From an uncultured Saprospiraceae bacterium (GTDB lineage: Bacteria > Bacteroidota > Bacteroidia > Chitinophagales > Saprospiraceae): a stretch of DNA of 44,350 bases. A program made the position numbers and the translations under genes. The stretch is taken from NCBI GenBank assembly GCA_938039305.1, contig CALHUZ010000537.1, positions 1-44,350 on the forward strand, read 5' to 3'. This document shows positions 1 to 11,337 of the stretch, in pieces (within the stretch, counting starts at the first letter, position 1; each line of letters starts with the position of its first letter). A model generated the notes under the pieces. It did not search any database, was not told the DNA's origin, and worked only from the letters and a program-made list of their open reading frames with translations.

Positions 1-1293
1 GAGCTAAGTTTTTATGGTGCCCATCATATTCACTCACCCAATTTAAATCAGTTATCCAAGGAAAGTTTAGTTTTCAATCGTGCGTATTGCAATATACCTG
101 TTTGCGGGGCTTCACGTGCCAGCTTACTGACAAGTACTAGACCCACCCGTCACCGTTTTATAGACTACAAAACAAGAGCAGATATTGATGTGCCAGATGC
201 AATCTCTTTACCAATGTTACTAAAGAATAATGGATATGAGACTATTTCAAATGGGAAAATATATCATAACCTAAGTGATGATAGTTTAGCTTGGGACAGG
301 ATATGGTTTCCTAAAGGAAACATTCGTGATTATCAAGTTAAAAGCAACATTGAACAAAATGGAGGCTTGGGGCAGGCTCAAGGAGGTGCTGTTTCACATG
401 AGATGGCAGTAGTTCCTGATACAGCTTACTTTGATGGCAAAATAGCACAACGCGGTATACAGGACTTGCAGCTTCTTAAGGGAAAGGATCAGCCATTTTT
501 TCTAGCTTTAGGATTTATGAAACCTCATCTTCCTTTCAATGCGCCAAAAAAGTATTGGGATCTTTACGATAGAGATAAAATTACGTTACCTGAAAGTTAT
601 CAGCAACCCCAAACCACCCCTCAAAGAGCTTTTCATAATTATGGAGAGTTACGTCAATACCAGAACATACCTAAAAAAGGAGATATTCCAAAAGACTTAG
701 CCAAAGAACTATTGCATGGGTATTATGCATGTGTCAGTTATATGGATACACAAATTGGTTTAGTTCTACGGGAATTGGAACGACTTGAGTTAGCCAAAAA
801 TACAATCGTGGTATTATGGGGAGATCATGGATGGAATTTGGGAGAGCATAAGTTATGGTGTAAACATGTCACATTTGAAACAGCCCTTCGCGCACCACTG
901 ATGATTAAGGTTCCTGGAAAAACTTTAGGAAATAGTACTGACGCTATAACTGAATATATAGATGTTTATCCAAGTTTGGCCGAATTAGTGGGCGTTGCTA
1001 TTCCAGAAACAGTAGAAGGGAAGAGTTTTATTCCTTTGCTTAATGGCGAGCAAAGCGAAAAAGACTGGGCAGTCAGCAAGTTCAAGGATGCAGTAACACT
1101 TATCAAAGGCGACTTATTCTACACTGAATGGACTGATGACTCGGGTGAAGCTTATGAACGAATGTTATTTGATCATAAAACTGACCCTATGGAGCTGGAC
1201 AATATGGCGGATAAAATAGAACATGAGGAATTGGTCAAAGAGTTAGCAGTAGAGCTCAGAACTAGATGGGGTGATGATTTTTTAAGCAAATAG
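1..1293 (+). CDS. S1 sulfatase, iduronate-2-sulfatase-like, 5'-truncated by the window edge
   Basis: Frame 1 is open from nt 1, so the GTG at 190 in the ORF track is not the real start. The upstream translation reads ...[23 protein letters not shown], a sulfatase C-x-A-x-R signature at nt 103-117. Downstream are MKPHLPF and [16 protein letters not shown], typical of the IDS-like subfamily. Confidence 0.9.
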   Translation, partial: ELSFYGAHHIHSPNLNQLSKESLVFNRAYCNIPVCGASRASLLTSTRPTRHRFIDYKTRADIDVPDAISLPMLLKNNGYETISNGKIYHNLSDDSLAWDRIWFPKGNIRDYQVKSNIEQNGGLGQAQGGAVSHEMAVVPDTAYFDGKIAQRGIQDLQLLKGKDQPFFLALGFMKPHLPFNAPKKYWDLYDRDKITLPESYQQPQTTPQRAFHNYGELRQYQNIPKKGDIPKDLAKELLHGYYACVSYMDTQIGLVLRELERLELAKNTIVVLWGDHGWNLGEHKLWCKHVTFETALRAPLMIKVPGKTLGNSTDAITEYIDVYPSLAELVGVAIPETVEGKSFIPLLNGEQSEKDWAVSKFKDAVTLIKGDLFYTEWTDDSGEAYERMLFDHKTDPMELDNMADKIEHEELVKELAVELRTRWGDDFLSK

Positions 1294-1318
1294 CTTTCAT
1301 AGGCGATGAACTGTTGTA

Positions 1319-2791
1319 ATGAAATATAAGAATATAGTAATTGTATGTCTTACGCTCATTATTTTTTTAATGCTGGGCTGTATCAGAAATCATGAAGATG
1401 TATCCAGATCTGAGATTCGGAAGAATAAGGGTGAGTTACCTAATATAATTTTCTTTCTTTCTGATGATCAGGACATTTATGATTTTGGATGTTATGGTAA
1501 TAAGAAAGTTAAAACATTTGCAGTAGATAGGTTAGCTCGAGAAGGTATTTTATTTGAAAATGCGTTTACGGGTCAGGCTATTTGTGCTCCAAGTAGATCA
1601 CAATTGCTTACTGGTTTATATCCACTCAAGAATGGATGTTTTGCCAACCACACTCGAACGAAGCCTGATGTGGTCAGCTTGACAAAGATGATGCGAGCAC
1701 GAGGCTATGAGGTAGTGTTAGCAGGCAAGAGTCATTTACAGCCTGCAAATGTATTTGATTGGGATAAAGCATGGAAGGGTGTCCCTAAGGAAGGCGTTCC
1801 ACGAGATTATGTTCCATTAGATAGCATAGAAAGTTATTTTAAAAGCGCGCAGCAGCCATTTTTTATGCTGGTTGCTTCATATCTACCTCATGCAGCGTAC
1901 TTTGAAGTTGAAGATACATCTGTAGATAGTATTCAACTTTATCCCTTTAATGATCACAAAAAAGGAGACATATCATTCGTAAATCGGAAAGCTGGTTACT
2001 ATCGCAGTATTGAGGAGGACAATATACAATTGGATAAAGTTCTCAATTTGGTAGATGAATATTTAGGAGAAAATACAGTATTCATGTATAGTGCGGATCA
2101 CGGTGTGTCAGGAAAATTTTCCGTAAAGGATGTTGGATTAAGAGTTCCATTTATAGTTCGCTGGCCTAAAGTAATAGAACCTGGATCTACATCAGATCAA
2201 TTGATCCACTATGTAGATGTACTTCCTACTTTAGTAGACATAACTGGGGGAAATACTAGTACTAATATCGATGGCCAGAGTTTTTTACCTCTCTTGAAGG
2301 GAGAGGAGGTTACTATCCATGAATATATTTATGGAGTAAGAACCAATCAAAACATACTACGATCTGAAATATTTCCCTCAAGGATGATCAGAGATAAGCA
2401 ATACAAGTACATAAGAAATTTTAATGCCCTAGAGGTTCTCGATAAGAATCTAACCGGAAACCCTCGTTCAGATGTATTCATCCGGAGGGGAGCAAATGCA
2501 TTTAAAAACGAACAGTTTGAAGAATTGTACGATCTACGCAATGACCCCTTTGAACAAACCAACTTGATAGATCAACCAGATCTTAATGATATAAAAGGTC
2601 GCTTAAAGGATCAACTTTTTATCTGGATGAAGGAGCAGGATGACTTCTTGAACGAAGATTTTGGAAATATCCCTATCCTCACAGCTCCTAATTTTAAACT
2701 TGACGAAAATACGAGACTAAGAACCATACCGGATTCTTTAAAGAATAAACTGAATGAAGAAGATTATTTAGTAGTGGATCATTGGAGATAA
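1319..2791 (+). CDS. S1 sulfatase (formylglycine-dependent), probable lipoprotein
   Basis: Motifs NIIFFLSDDQ and CAPSRSQLLTGLYP (C-x-P-x-R), GKSH, and SADHG. The N-terminus is hydrophobic with LGC. The gene starts 25 nt after the previous sulfatase. Confidence 0.9.
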   Translation: MKYKNIVIVCLTLIIFLMLGCIRNHEDVSRSEIRKNKGELPNIIFFLSDDQDIYDFGCYGNKKVKTFAVDRLAREGILFENAFTGQAICAPSRSQLLTGLYPLKNGCFANHTRTKPDVVSLTKMMRARGYEVVLAGKSHLQPANVFDWDKAWKGVPKEGVPRDYVPLDSIESYFKSAQQPFFMLVASYLPHAAYFEVEDTSVDSIQLYPFNDHKKGDISFVNRKAGYYRSIEEDNIQLDKVLNLVDEYLGENTVFMYSADHGVSGKFSVKDVGLRVPFIVRWPKVIEPGSTSDQLIHYVDVLPTLVDITGGNTSTNIDGQSFLPLLKGEEVTIHEYIYGVRTNQNILRSEIFPSRMIRDKQYKYIRNFNALEVLDKNLTGNPRSDVFIRRGANAFKNEQFEELYDLRNDPFEQTNLIDQPDLNDIKGRLKDQLFIWMKEQDDFLNEDFGNIPILTAPNFKLDENTRLRTIPDSLKNKLNEEDYLVVDHWR

Positions 2792-3007
2792 TTAATTAAA
2801 ATGATGAAGGGGTGTTTTTATGTTCTTGTAATCTTTGTGTTACTTGGTTACTAGGAAGACAAGCAGCTCAATAAAATGAGCTTTGAAATAGAGGCAGATA
2901 ATCCCTTAAGTCTTCAGCTACGTACTTATAAGATGTAGTAGTTGGTGATTTTATATCTTGATTTCAATTGCAGTTGAGCTTCCATGTCGCATCAATGAGA
3001 GATAAGG

Positions 3008-3033
3008 TCAGGATAGGGCAGGATAGTACTGGT
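3008..3033 (+). promoter_or_regulatory. Site A of the recurrent direct-repeat element (TCAGGA-tagg-GCAGGA-tagt-ACTGGT)
   Basis: Three 6-nt units at 10-bp phase, ending 70 nt before the ATG at 3103. A -7-like box TAAATTTA at 3046-3053 lies 22 nt after the second unit. The same element occurs at five other intergenic sites. Confidence 0.6.
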
Positions 3034-3102
3034 CATTCAAATGAATAAATTTAGCAATCTTGAAGATTGAAATAGATATTCAGTTGGAATAAACACTCTT
3101 TT

Positions 3103-6100
3103 ATGCGAAGTATCGCCTTTATCTTAGTACTATACCTTCTCAGTTCTTGCGTTCATTCTGTAGATGCTCAACAAGAAGCAGCGGTTGACAAGCCAAATAT
3201 TATTTTTATTCTTACCGATGATCAGCGATTTGATGCCATTGGCTATGTAGGTAATGAATTTGTCCAAACGCCTGAAATGGATCGGTTAGCCCAATCTGGG
3301 ACCTACTTTCATAATGCTGTCGTAAGCACTCCAATTTGTGCAGCCAGTCGGGCAAGCATTTTAACAGGTCTATATGAGCGTAGCCACAATTTTAATTTTC
3401 AGACAGGGAATGTACGCGAGGAGTACATGAAGAATTCTTATCCAAGATTACTTAAGGAGCATGGGTATTATACTGGTTTTTATGGAAAGTATGGTGTGCG
3501 CTATAACGAGTTGGAAAAACAGTTTGATGAATATGAGTCATATGATCGCGATAATAATTTCAAAGACAAAAGAGGTTATTTCTATAAAACAATTAATGGT
3601 GATAGTGTTCATTTAACGAGATATACTGGCCATAAGGCATTAGAATTTATAGATCAAGCTAAAAGGGGTCAACCTTTCTGTTTATCATTAAGTTTCAGCG
3701 CACCGCACGCACATGATCCAGCAGAAGACCAATATTATTGGCAAAAAGAAGTGGACCCATTATTATCTGAAACTATCATACCTGGCCCAGATTTGGGAGA
3801 GGACAAATATTTTGATGCTCAACCAAAAATTGTTAGGGATGGGTTCAACAGATTTCGATGGACGTGGAGATACGACAACCCTGAAAAATACCAACATAGT
3901 CTAAAGGGGTATTATCGGATGATATCTGGAATCGATCTGGAGATTGCAAAAATACGTAAGAAATTAGAAGAAAAAGGGCTCGACAAGAATACTGTTATTA
4001 TTCTGATGGGTGATAATGGCTACTTCTTGGGTGAGCGTCAACTTGCAGGGAAATGGCTGATGTATGACAATTCTATAAGGGTCCCTTTGATCGTATTTGA
4101 TCCGAGAATTGATCAGCATCAAGATATCACTGAGATGGCATTGAATGTTGATGTACCATCCACTATAGTCGATTTAGCAGGTATTGAAGCACCAAATACA
4201 TGGCATGGTCAAAGCTTAATGCCCATCGTTAGAAAAGAACTCAATACCCTTGGAAGAGATACGATTTTGATTGAACATATTTGGGATTTTAGCGAGATTC
4301 CACCGAGTGAAGGGGTTAGAACTAAGGATTGGAAATACTTTAGATATATAAATGACAAAACGATAGAAGAGCTTTATCATCTAAAAGATGATCCGAAAGA
4401 AATTAATAACCTTATTAAGGATTCAAAATATAAAAAGGTGGCTGCCGCCTTACGTAAAAAGTGCGATGAATTAATCAAAAAGAACAGTAATCAATATAGA
4501 ACGCCCCCTACAGAATTGACTGTTGAGTTAATTAGGGCTCCTGAGTCTGAGGTTGAAGTAGTGGATACTAAACCTGAGTTTGGGTGGACCGTACCATTGG
4601 CTTCAAAATTTCAATCTGCCTATCAAATTCTAGTAGCAACCTCTAATCCTGTCATTGACGCAAACAATGGTGATGTCTGGGATAGTGGGCAGGTACGATC
4701 CTCATCTTCCACAGACATAGAGTATGATGGTACCCCACTTGAAATCGGAAAAACATACTTTTGGAAAGTGAGGATATGGGATGAAGAGAATCGCTTAGTT
4801 GATTATTCTCAGTCGCAGCAATTCACTATAGGAGAAAGTGATGACTATATGGTCTCTACTACTAACAAGTTTATGGTCACTAGGGTCAAGCCTGTTAATT
4901 TCGAAAAGCGAGGTGATGTATATTTTATGGATTTTGGCAAGGCTGCCTTTGCTACTATAGGTTTTACTTATAAGGCTAAAAAGCGGCATACACTAACTTT
5001 CAGAATTGGGGAAATGCTGGATGTTAATGGTAATGTAAATAGAACACCCCCTGTGAAAAGTAATATCCGATATCAAGAAATAGAGGTGGAGGTGAAACCA
5101 ACGCAGACAAAGTACCAAATTCAGATTGAGCCAGTCCCTGATAAACGAATGAAAGGGCCAAGCAAGGCTATTCCTTTGCCAGAAGGATTTCCTGTGTTGC
5201 AGCCTTTTAGGTACGCGGAAGTTGAAGGTGCTACAACTGCTATAAAAGCGGAAGATTTTGAACAGCTCAGGCATACAGGTTACTGGGATGATGAAGCAAG
5301 TAGCTTTAACAGTGATAACGATACTTTGAATCAGATTTGGGAGATGTGCAGGTATTCTATCAAAGCAACCACATTTTGTGGGTTGTACATTGATGGTGAT
5401 CGAGAGCGTATACCTTATGAAGCGGACGCATATCTCAATCAGTTAAGTCACTACACTACGGATAGAGAGTATGCCATAGGGAGGCGTACGATTGAGTATT
5501 TTATGCAAAATCCAACATGGCCGACGGAGTGGCAGCAGCACGTTGCTTTACTCATTTATGCAGACTACATGTACACTAGTAATACAGAGCTGATCGAAAA
5601 GTATTATGAACCTTTAAAACATAAGACCTTATATGAATTGTCTAATGAGGATGGGTTAATCACATCTACGAAAGTCACAGAAGATTTTATGTACAAACTT
5701 GGTTTTGAACCTGGGTATAAGAAGCCTCTGACTGACATTGTAGACTGGCCAAGCCCTAATTTTATGGGAAGTGGAAATAAAGGTGCTCGTGATGGTTTTG
5801 TCTTTAAGCCTTATAGTACCGTGATAAATTCGTTTTTCTATGAGAATATGAAAATCATGGCAGAGTTTGCAAAAATCTTGGGCAAGACCCAAGAGGTGCT
5901 GGACTTTGAATTAAGAGCAGCCAAAGCTAAAAAAGCTGTAAACGAGAAGATGTTTGATAAAGAACGAGGGATCTATGTAGATGGTATCGGTACGGATCAC
6001 GCATCGCTACACGCCAATATGATGCCTTTAGCATTTGGCTTAGTACCAGAAGAGTATGTAGAGTCTGTCGTCAAGTATGTGAAGTCCCGAGGAATGGCCT

Positions 6101-6633
6101 GTAGTGTATATGGTGCTCAATTTTTGATGGATGGATTATACAATGCTGGGGAAGCTGATTATGCTTTACAATTATTAGCCAGTACATCAGAGAGAAGTTG
6201 GTATAACATGATAAGAGAGGGCTCTAGCATCAGTATGGAGGCATGGGGCTACAAGAATAAAATAAACTTGGATTGGAATCATGCCTGGGGTGCCGTACCT
6301 GCTAATATTATACCAAGAGGTTTATGGGGTATACAACCTAAGACTGCAGGCTTTGGTATTGCTAGAATTAAACCACAAATGAGCAGTTTAAAATCGAGTA
6401 CAATAGAGGTACCAACAGTCAAAGGCGTTATCAGAGGAAATTATAAATACAATGGCGCTCGCCTTCAAACTTATAAAATAGAAATACCTGCTAATATGGT
6501 GGCAGAGTTTTCACTCAATAATCTTGAAGGAAAAGATTTAATACATAATGGTGAAAAAGTACCCTCTGCTTATGAAGTTATTAGATTAGCACCAGGCAGT
6601 CATACTATTCAGCTCAAAATTAATTCGTTCTAA
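3103..6633 (+). CDS. Bimodular enzyme: N-terminal S1 sulfatase fused to a C-terminal GH78-like alpha-L-rhamnosidase module
   Basis: aa ~30-460 carry [27 protein letters not shown] (C-x-A-x-R at nt 3337-3351) and [10 protein letters not shown]. From aa ~470 come GH78 N-domain motifs: [24 protein letters not shown]. The six-hairpin region follows, with [13 protein letters not shown] (nt 5392-5430) where GH78 normally has DCPxRExxGWxGDA. Single uninterrupted 1176-aa ORF with a signal peptide. Confidence 0.85.
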   Translation: MRSIAFILVLYLLSSCVHSVDAQQEAAVDKPNIIFILTDDQRFDAIGYVGNEFVQTPEMDRLAQSGTYFHNAVVSTPICAASRASILTGLYERSHNFNFQTGNVREEYMKNSYPRLLKEHGYYTGFYGKYGVRYNELEKQFDEYESYDRDNNFKDKRGYFYKTINGDSVHLTRYTGHKALEFIDQAKRGQPFCLSLSFSAPHAHDPAEDQYYWQKEVDPLLSETIIPGPDLGEDKYFDAQPKIVRDGFNRFRWTWRYDNPEKYQHSLKGYYRMISGIDLEIAKIRKKLEEKGLDKNTVIILMGDNGYFLGERQLAGKWLMYDNSIRVPLIVFDPRIDQHQDITEMALNVDVPSTIVDLAGIEAPNTWHGQSLMPIVRKELNTLGRDTILIEHIWDFSEIPPSEGVRTKDWKYFRYINDKTIEELYHLKDDPKEINNLIKDSKYKKVAAALRKKCDELIKKNSNQYRTPPTELTVELIRAPESEVEVVDTKPEFGWTVPLASKFQSAYQILVATSNPVIDANNGDVWDSGQVRSSSSTDIEYDGTPLEIGKTYFWKVRIWDEENRLVDYSQSQQFTIGESDDYMVSTTNKFMVTRVKPVNFEKRGDVYFMDFGKAAFATIGFTYKAKKRHTLTFRIGEMLDVNGNVNRTPPVKSNIRYQEIEVEVKPTQTKYQIQIEPVPDKRMKGPSKAIPLPEGFPVLQPFRYAEVEGATTAIKAEDFEQLRHTGYWDDEASSFNSDNDTLNQIWEMCRYSIKATTFCGLYIDGDRERIPYEADAYLNQLSHYTTDREYAIGRRTIEYFMQNPTWPTEWQQHVALLIYADYMYTSNTELIEKYYEPLKHKTLYELSNEDGLITSTKVTEDFMYKLGFEPGYKKPLTDIVDWPSPNFMGSGNKGARDGFVFKPYSTVINSFFYENMKIMAEFAKILGKTQEVLDFELRAAKAKKAVNEKMFDKERGIYVDGIGTDHASLHANMMPLAFGLVPEEYVESVVKYVKSRGMACSVYGAQFLMDGLYNAGEADYALQLLASTSERSWYNMIREGSSISMEAWGYKNKINLDWNHAWGAVPANIIPRGLWGIQPKTAGFGIARIKPQMSSLKSSTIEVPTVKGVIRGNYKYNGARLQTYKIEIPANMVAEFSLNNLEGKDLIHNGEKVPSAYEVIRLAPGSHTIQLKINSF

Positions 6634-6839
6634 AGTATTGATGACATACACTTTGGTCATTATAGATACCGATAACATCCGTTCAGTCAAGGATAATTAG
6701 TATTGAGGTCAGGGAGGCAAAAGAGATATGATATAGAGAAGAAACTATTAACTCCCTAAGTTGACGTTGGGTCAAATACGTAGGGCTAGAAATGCTTGAG
6801 AACTGGTCTCAAGGTAATCATAAGATGGGGGTTGTTGAA

Positions 6840-6875
6840 ACAGGATAGTACAGGACATATCCCAAATCATCCTGT
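6840..6875 (+). promoter_or_regulatory. Site B of the recurrent direct-repeat element (ACAGGA-tagt-ACAGGA, plus an inverted TCCTGT)
   Basis: Perfect ACAGGATAGTACAGGA at 6840-6855, ending 63 nt before the ATG at 6918. An inverted unit TCCTGT lies at 6870-6875. Confidence 0.6.
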
Positions 6876-6917
6876 GTTAACTTACCACAACAATAAAAAG
6901 TCTTAATAGAACTTCCT

Positions 6918-7757
6918 ATGTCAAAGTTGTATGTTGACAATGTACTTAAAACCCAAGGTCTAAGCCTGTTCTCTGTACGAGCTACATCTTGTAAAGAGGG
7001 CCATACTCTACTTTTTTCAACGCTTATCATCATTCTTTTTATCGCTTTCACAGGATTGATTAGTGGTTGTTCTGAGGTGTCAGATCACGAAGAGAAGGAA
7101 GAAGATATTGAGGAGGAGGAGATAGAAGAAGTGGATGATTGTATTTCTGGTCAACTATATCTTGAAAAAGATGGAGTACTCCGTGTAGATCTTAAAAATC
7201 CCAATCCAATAGATAATGATTGGAAGTTGGAAAAGACATTTCAAGGATATGAAGGAGAAGGGTATCTGATCTGGAAGGGTGATGATCACTTCAATACTCC
7301 TGGTGAAGGGGTATTGTCCTATTCAATACAAATAACCAATCCAGGGACATATCAATTTGTTTGGCGATCAAGAATTGGTGCTGGCACTAAGAACACAGAG
7401 CATAATGATTCATGGTTGAGGATATCAAATACATCAGATTTCTATGGTGAGAAGGAAAGCACAGGTGAAAGAGTGTATCCAGTAGGAAGTGGCAAATCCC
7501 CTAGTCCAGAAGGCTCAAGTAAAGATGGGTGGTTAAAGGTATATATGAATAGATTAAACGAATGGTTCTGGCGATCTACGACTAATGATAAAGATCCATT
7601 TAACGTTTTTGTCGAATTTGATGTTTCGGGAATCTATGTCATTGAGATTTCGGGGCGATCTGCATATCACGCGATTGACCAATTTGTTTTATTTGAAACA
7701 GGACAATTAATTGACCAAGCTACAACTGCGGCATACAGTGAGATAAGATGCAATTAA
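6918..7757 (+). CDS. Hypothetical surface lipoprotein; beta-rich, carbohydrate-binding-module-like (family not recognised)
   Basis: Lipobox LISGC (Cys codon 7068-7070) followed by the acidic tract SEVSDHEEKEEDIEEEEIEEVDD. The remainder is aromatic and Gly rich (GEGYLIWKGDDHF, GTYQFVWRSRIG, HNDSWLRI, WFWRSTTND), as in beta-sandwich binding modules. It is the first gene after site B. The unusually long N-region suggests the true start may lie downstream of 6918. Confidence 0.55.
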   Translation: MSKLYVDNVLKTQGLSLFSVRATSCKEGHTLLFSTLIIILFIAFTGLISGCSEVSDHEEKEEDIEEEEIEEVDDCISGQLYLEKDGVLRVDLKNPNPIDNDWKLEKTFQGYEGEGYLIWKGDDHFNTPGEGVLSYSIQITNPGTYQFVWRSRIGAGTKNTEHNDSWLRISNTSDFYGEKESTGERVYPVGSGKSPSPEGSSKDGWLKVYMNRLNEWFWRSTTNDKDPFNVFVEFDVSGIYVIEISGRSAYHAIDQFVLFETGQLIDQATTAAYSEIRCN

Positions 7758-7842
7758 AGATATTGACTGTATGATTTGGTTACAATGTAAAGAGTCATTC
7801 AGTCTTTCAAATTGAAGAAATAATAACAAATATTAAATCCAG

Positions 7843-10140
7843 ATGGCGTCAATCCAATGTGAAGCGATGATGAATAAAATACTCCTTGTCTCTTTCTACA
7901 GTATAGTGTTATATATGACATCGTGTGGAGATTCCAATTATAATTCCAACGACTACAAGGATTCTAACTTATCTATAGAAGAACGAGTAGAAGCACTACT
8001 TCCATTGATGTCGCTTGAGGAGAAGGTCGCACAAATGCGAATCTTTCATGCCAATATAGGTGTACGGACTGATGAAGATGGAAACTTACAACTATCTGAT
8101 AGAGTTGTTGAGAAGCTCAAATTAGGTATCGCTGGTATTAAAAATCCAGGGGAGCACCTTAGTCCAGTAGCGGCAGCAAAAATGAACAATGAATTACAGA
8201 AGTACATTATTGAAAATAATCGATGGGGGATACCAGCCTTATTTGTTACAGAATCATATAATGGGGTAGATGCTGAAGGCTGTACTAAATTTGGTAGGCC
8301 ACTTACTTCGGCGGCTTCATTTAATAGAGACTTGATCCATCGCATGTGGGATGTTGTAGGAAGAGAAGCCCGACTACGCGGAATGCATATGTGTCATTCT
8401 CCTGAAGCGGATATAGTTCGGGATCCACGGTTTGGGCGTATGAGTGAAGCGTGGGGAGAAGATACCTATCTTACTACAGAAATGGTTATCCAAGCCACTA
8501 AAGGAGTACAAGGTAATTATAAAGGATTGGGAGAGGGAACACATATCGGAGCAGTAGTAAAGCACTTTGCAGGATATGGACAGGTTTTAGGAGGATCTAA
8601 TTTTGCAGCAGTTGAAATATCAGAAAGAACCTTAATAGACGAAATATATCCACCTTTTGAAGCTGCAGTTAAAGAAGCCAGCACCTTGGGTGTAATGGCA
8701 TCTCATGGAGATCTGAATGGCATCGCAACTCATGGCAATAAAGCATTGTTAACTCACCTACTTCGGGATGAGTGGGGTTTTCTTGGGTACCTAATTTCCG
8801 ACTCCAATGATATTGCTAGATTATTCTATTTTATGAAAGTAGCAGAATCACCAGAAGCAGCAGCATTAATGGGATTAGAGGCTGGTATTGATATAGATTT
8901 GTATGCTGAAGATTCATATGCCTACCTACCAGAAATGGTCAAGTCTAATCCTGAAATTGAAGAATTAATTGACAGGTCTGTAAGAAGAGTGCTGAGGGTT
9001 AAATTTATTTTAGGGTTATTTGACAATCCGTATGTTGATGTTGCTGAAGTAGCAAAAGGCGTTCGATCTACTTCCTCTTTAGCACTTGCAAAAGAAGCTG
9101 ATTTAGAATCTATTATTTTATTAAAAAATGAAAACGAATTATTGCCTCTTAATAAAAATAGGCCAGCCAAGATCGCCCTTTTAGGCCCATTGTTACACGA
9201 ACGTACTCAATCCATGTTTGAATCCGTTGCTGGATCAAAATATACATTTACGGCGGATAGGGGATTTGCTCTAACTGATGAGCAAAAAGGAGCTCCAAAT
9301 TTGTTAGCTAGGGATCCGGAAGTCATAGCAAGATTGTTGTCCAAATCACGTCAGGCTGATGTGACAATATTGTTTTTAGGAGGTGATGAATATACCGCAA
9401 AGGAGGCATATTTTAATAATGCGGTTGGAGACCGTGCTACCATCGATCCTGTTGGGCCACAAGATGAGTTATTGGAAAAAATCAAGGCTTTGGGCAAACC
9501 TGTTATTGTAGTTTTAAAACATCGTAGAACCTTATCCATCAATACGATCTCCAAAGAGGCAGATGCGATTTTAGATACCTGGGATCTAAGTGAATACGGA
9601 GACGAGTCTACAGCAAGAATCATATTTGGGGAGACCGTTCCGTCAGGCAAACTACCTGTCACAGTACCTCGGTCGATTGGCCAGTTTCCATTTCACTATA
9701 GTATGAAGGAAATAAATTATAAAAAGGGCTACCTATTTTTGGAAGACGGTCCCATCTATCCATTTGGTTTTGGTCTCAGTTATACAACTTTTGAATATTC
9801 AGATATAGCTATATCTAGTGAAGTACTAACACCGGGAAGTGAAATAGAAGTTTCTGTCACTATTACCAATACTGGGGATGTCCGCGCAAAAGAGGTCGTT
9901 CAAATGTATATAAAAGATGAGATTGGTTCTGTTTCGAGGCCTGATAAAGAATTGAAAGGATTTGACAAAATAGAAATCGATCCGGGTGAAAGTAAAAATG
10001 TATCTTTCAAAATCACTCCCCAAATGCTGGCCTTTACTGGCCCCAGGATGGAACATATATTAGAAGCTGGAGACTATACTGTAATGGTTGGCACATCCTC
10101 CAATGAATATTTAGAAACGAAATTCAAATTAAAGAAATAA
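7843..10140 (+). CDS. GH3 beta-glycosidase (beta-glucosidase/beta-xylosidase type), lipoprotein
   Basis: GH3 motifs KHFAGYG and [10 protein letters not shown], plus the C-terminal [14 protein letters not shown] and a fibronectin-like tail. The likely true start is the Met at 7867/7870 (MNKILLV...TSCGDS). Confidence 0.9.
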   Translation: MASIQCEAMMNKILLVSFYSIVLYMTSCGDSNYNSNDYKDSNLSIEERVEALLPLMSLEEKVAQMRIFHANIGVRTDEDGNLQLSDRVVEKLKLGIAGIKNPGEHLSPVAAAKMNNELQKYIIENNRWGIPALFVTESYNGVDAEGCTKFGRPLTSAASFNRDLIHRMWDVVGREARLRGMHMCHSPEADIVRDPRFGRMSEAWGEDTYLTTEMVIQATKGVQGNYKGLGEGTHIGAVVKHFAGYGQVLGGSNFAAVEISERTLIDEIYPPFEAAVKEASTLGVMASHGDLNGIATHGNKALLTHLLRDEWGFLGYLISDSNDIARLFYFMKVAESPEAAALMGLEAGIDIDLYAEDSYAYLPEMVKSNPEIEELIDRSVRRVLRVKFILGLFDNPYVDVAEVAKGVRSTSSLALAKEADLESIILLKNENELLPLNKNRPAKIALLGPLLHERTQSMFESVAGSKYTFTADRGFALTDEQKGAPNLLARDPEVIARLLSKSRQADVTILFLGGDEYTAKEAYFNNAVGDRATIDPVGPQDELLEKIKALGKPVIVVLKHRRTLSINTISKEADAILDTWDLSEYGDESTARIIFGETVPSGKLPVTVPRSIGQFPFHYSMKEINYKKGYLFLEDGPIYPFGFGLSYTTFEYSDIAISSEVLTPGSEIEVSVTITNTGDVRAKEVVQMYIKDEIGSVSRPDKELKGFDKIEIDPGESKNVSFKITPQMLAFTGPRMEHILEAGDYTVMVGTSSNEYLETKFKLKK

Positions 10141-10141
10141 G

Positions 10142-11269
10142 ATGAATAGAATTGTATTGATAAGTGTTACGATCTTTACTCTTTTCAGCTGTACTGTTAC
10201 CCAACAAACAGTGGCTCAAAATGCGATCAATAAGAATGAGATAAAAGCTTCAATGATCAAAGCTTTGGAATGGCAAGAAGCCCATCCTATCATGGCACTT
10301 GCGCCTACGGATTGGACTAATGGTGCATATTATACAGGTGTAGCCAGAGCTCATGAGACAACCAATGATATGATGTATATGGCGGCGTTGAAAAACCAGG
10401 GGTATCGGAATAATTGGAAAACCTTTAAAAGGTTGCATCATGCTGATGACGTGGCGATTTCATACAGTTACTTATATGTAGATAGGGCTGAGAATAGAAG
10501 AAATTTTGTTGATCTAACCTCTACAAAAGAATTTCTGGATGCACATTTGTATATGCCGGATCAATGGAAAGAAGGAAATGATAAAAGTGAAATGGGTAAA
10601 ACCATTTTATGGTGGTGGTGCGATGCACTATTCATGGCTCCTCCAGTAATTAATCTATATGCCAAACAAACTGGCCAACCAAAATATCTGGACGTAATGC
10701 ATAAGTATTATATAGAAACTTATGACCAGTTATACGATCAAGATGAACATCTATTTGCCAGGGATATGCGCTTTGTCTGGAAAGGTTCGGACAGAGATCA
10801 AAAAGAACCTAACGGGAAAAAAATATTTTGGTCTCGTGGTAATGGCTGGGTCATTGCTGGACTTGCTTTGTTATTAGATGACATGCCAATGGATTATAAG
10901 CACCGTCCCTTTTATGAGGAGTTATATCAGGAAATGGCTGCCAAAATATTAGCTATTCAACCAGATGATGGTCTGTGGAGAACGAGTCTTTTATGTCCAG
11001 AATCATATGATCATGGTGAGGTTAGTGGTAGTGGCTTTTACACTTTTGCACTTACATGGGGAATTAACAACGGCCTCTTAGATAGAAAATATATTTCAGC
11101 AGTGAAAAGAGCTTGGCAAGCATTAAAGGCATGTCAGCATAAGGATGGTAGAGTAGGTTGGGTTCAAAATATTGGCGCATTTCCCGAGCCTGCCTCTGCT
11201 GACAGCTGGCAAAATTTTGGAACAGGAGCTTATCTTTTGGCTGGTAGTGAAATACTAAAGTTGAAATGA
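10142..11269 (+). CDS. GH105/GH88-type unsaturated uronyl (rhamnogalacturonyl/glucuronyl) hydrolase
   Basis: YteR-like motifs [34 protein letters not shown] and [12 protein letters not shown]. The start is 1 nt after the GH3 stop, so the two are co-transcribed. Confidence 0.8.
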   Translation: MNRIVLISVTIFTLFSCTVTQQTVAQNAINKNEIKASMIKALEWQEAHPIMALAPTDWTNGAYYTGVARAHETTNDMMYMAALKNQGYRNNWKTFKRLHHADDVAISYSYLYVDRAENRRNFVDLTSTKEFLDAHLYMPDQWKEGNDKSEMGKTILWWWCDALFMAPPVINLYAKQTGQPKYLDVMHKYYIETYDQLYDQDEHLFARDMRFVWKGSDRDQKEPNGKKIFWSRGNGWVIAGLALLLDDMPMDYKHRPFYEELYQEMAAKILAIQPDDGLWRTSLLCPESYDHGEVSGSGFYTFALTWGINNGLLDRKYISAVKRAWQALKACQHKDGRVGWVQNIGAFPEPASADSWQNFGTGAYLLAGSEILKLK

Positions 11270-11337
11270 TTTTGCGAGTGCTATTTTGTTTTAATTATTG
11301 AACATCTTTTCGTATCCAATAGATAATTTAAGCAGCT

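Noticed and set aside
190-192. GTG at 190 as the start of the first sulfatase
   Set aside because: The frame is open back to nt 1, and the upstream translation contains the sulfatase active-site signature (CGASR at 103-117). The gene is truncated by the window edge rather than starting at 190.
6795-6813. Perfect 7-bp hairpin CTTGAGA-actgg-TCTCAAG downstream of the sulfatase-GH78 gene
   Set aside because: It lies 160 nt after the stop and has no following T-tract, so it is not a convincing intrinsic terminator. It could be coincidental.
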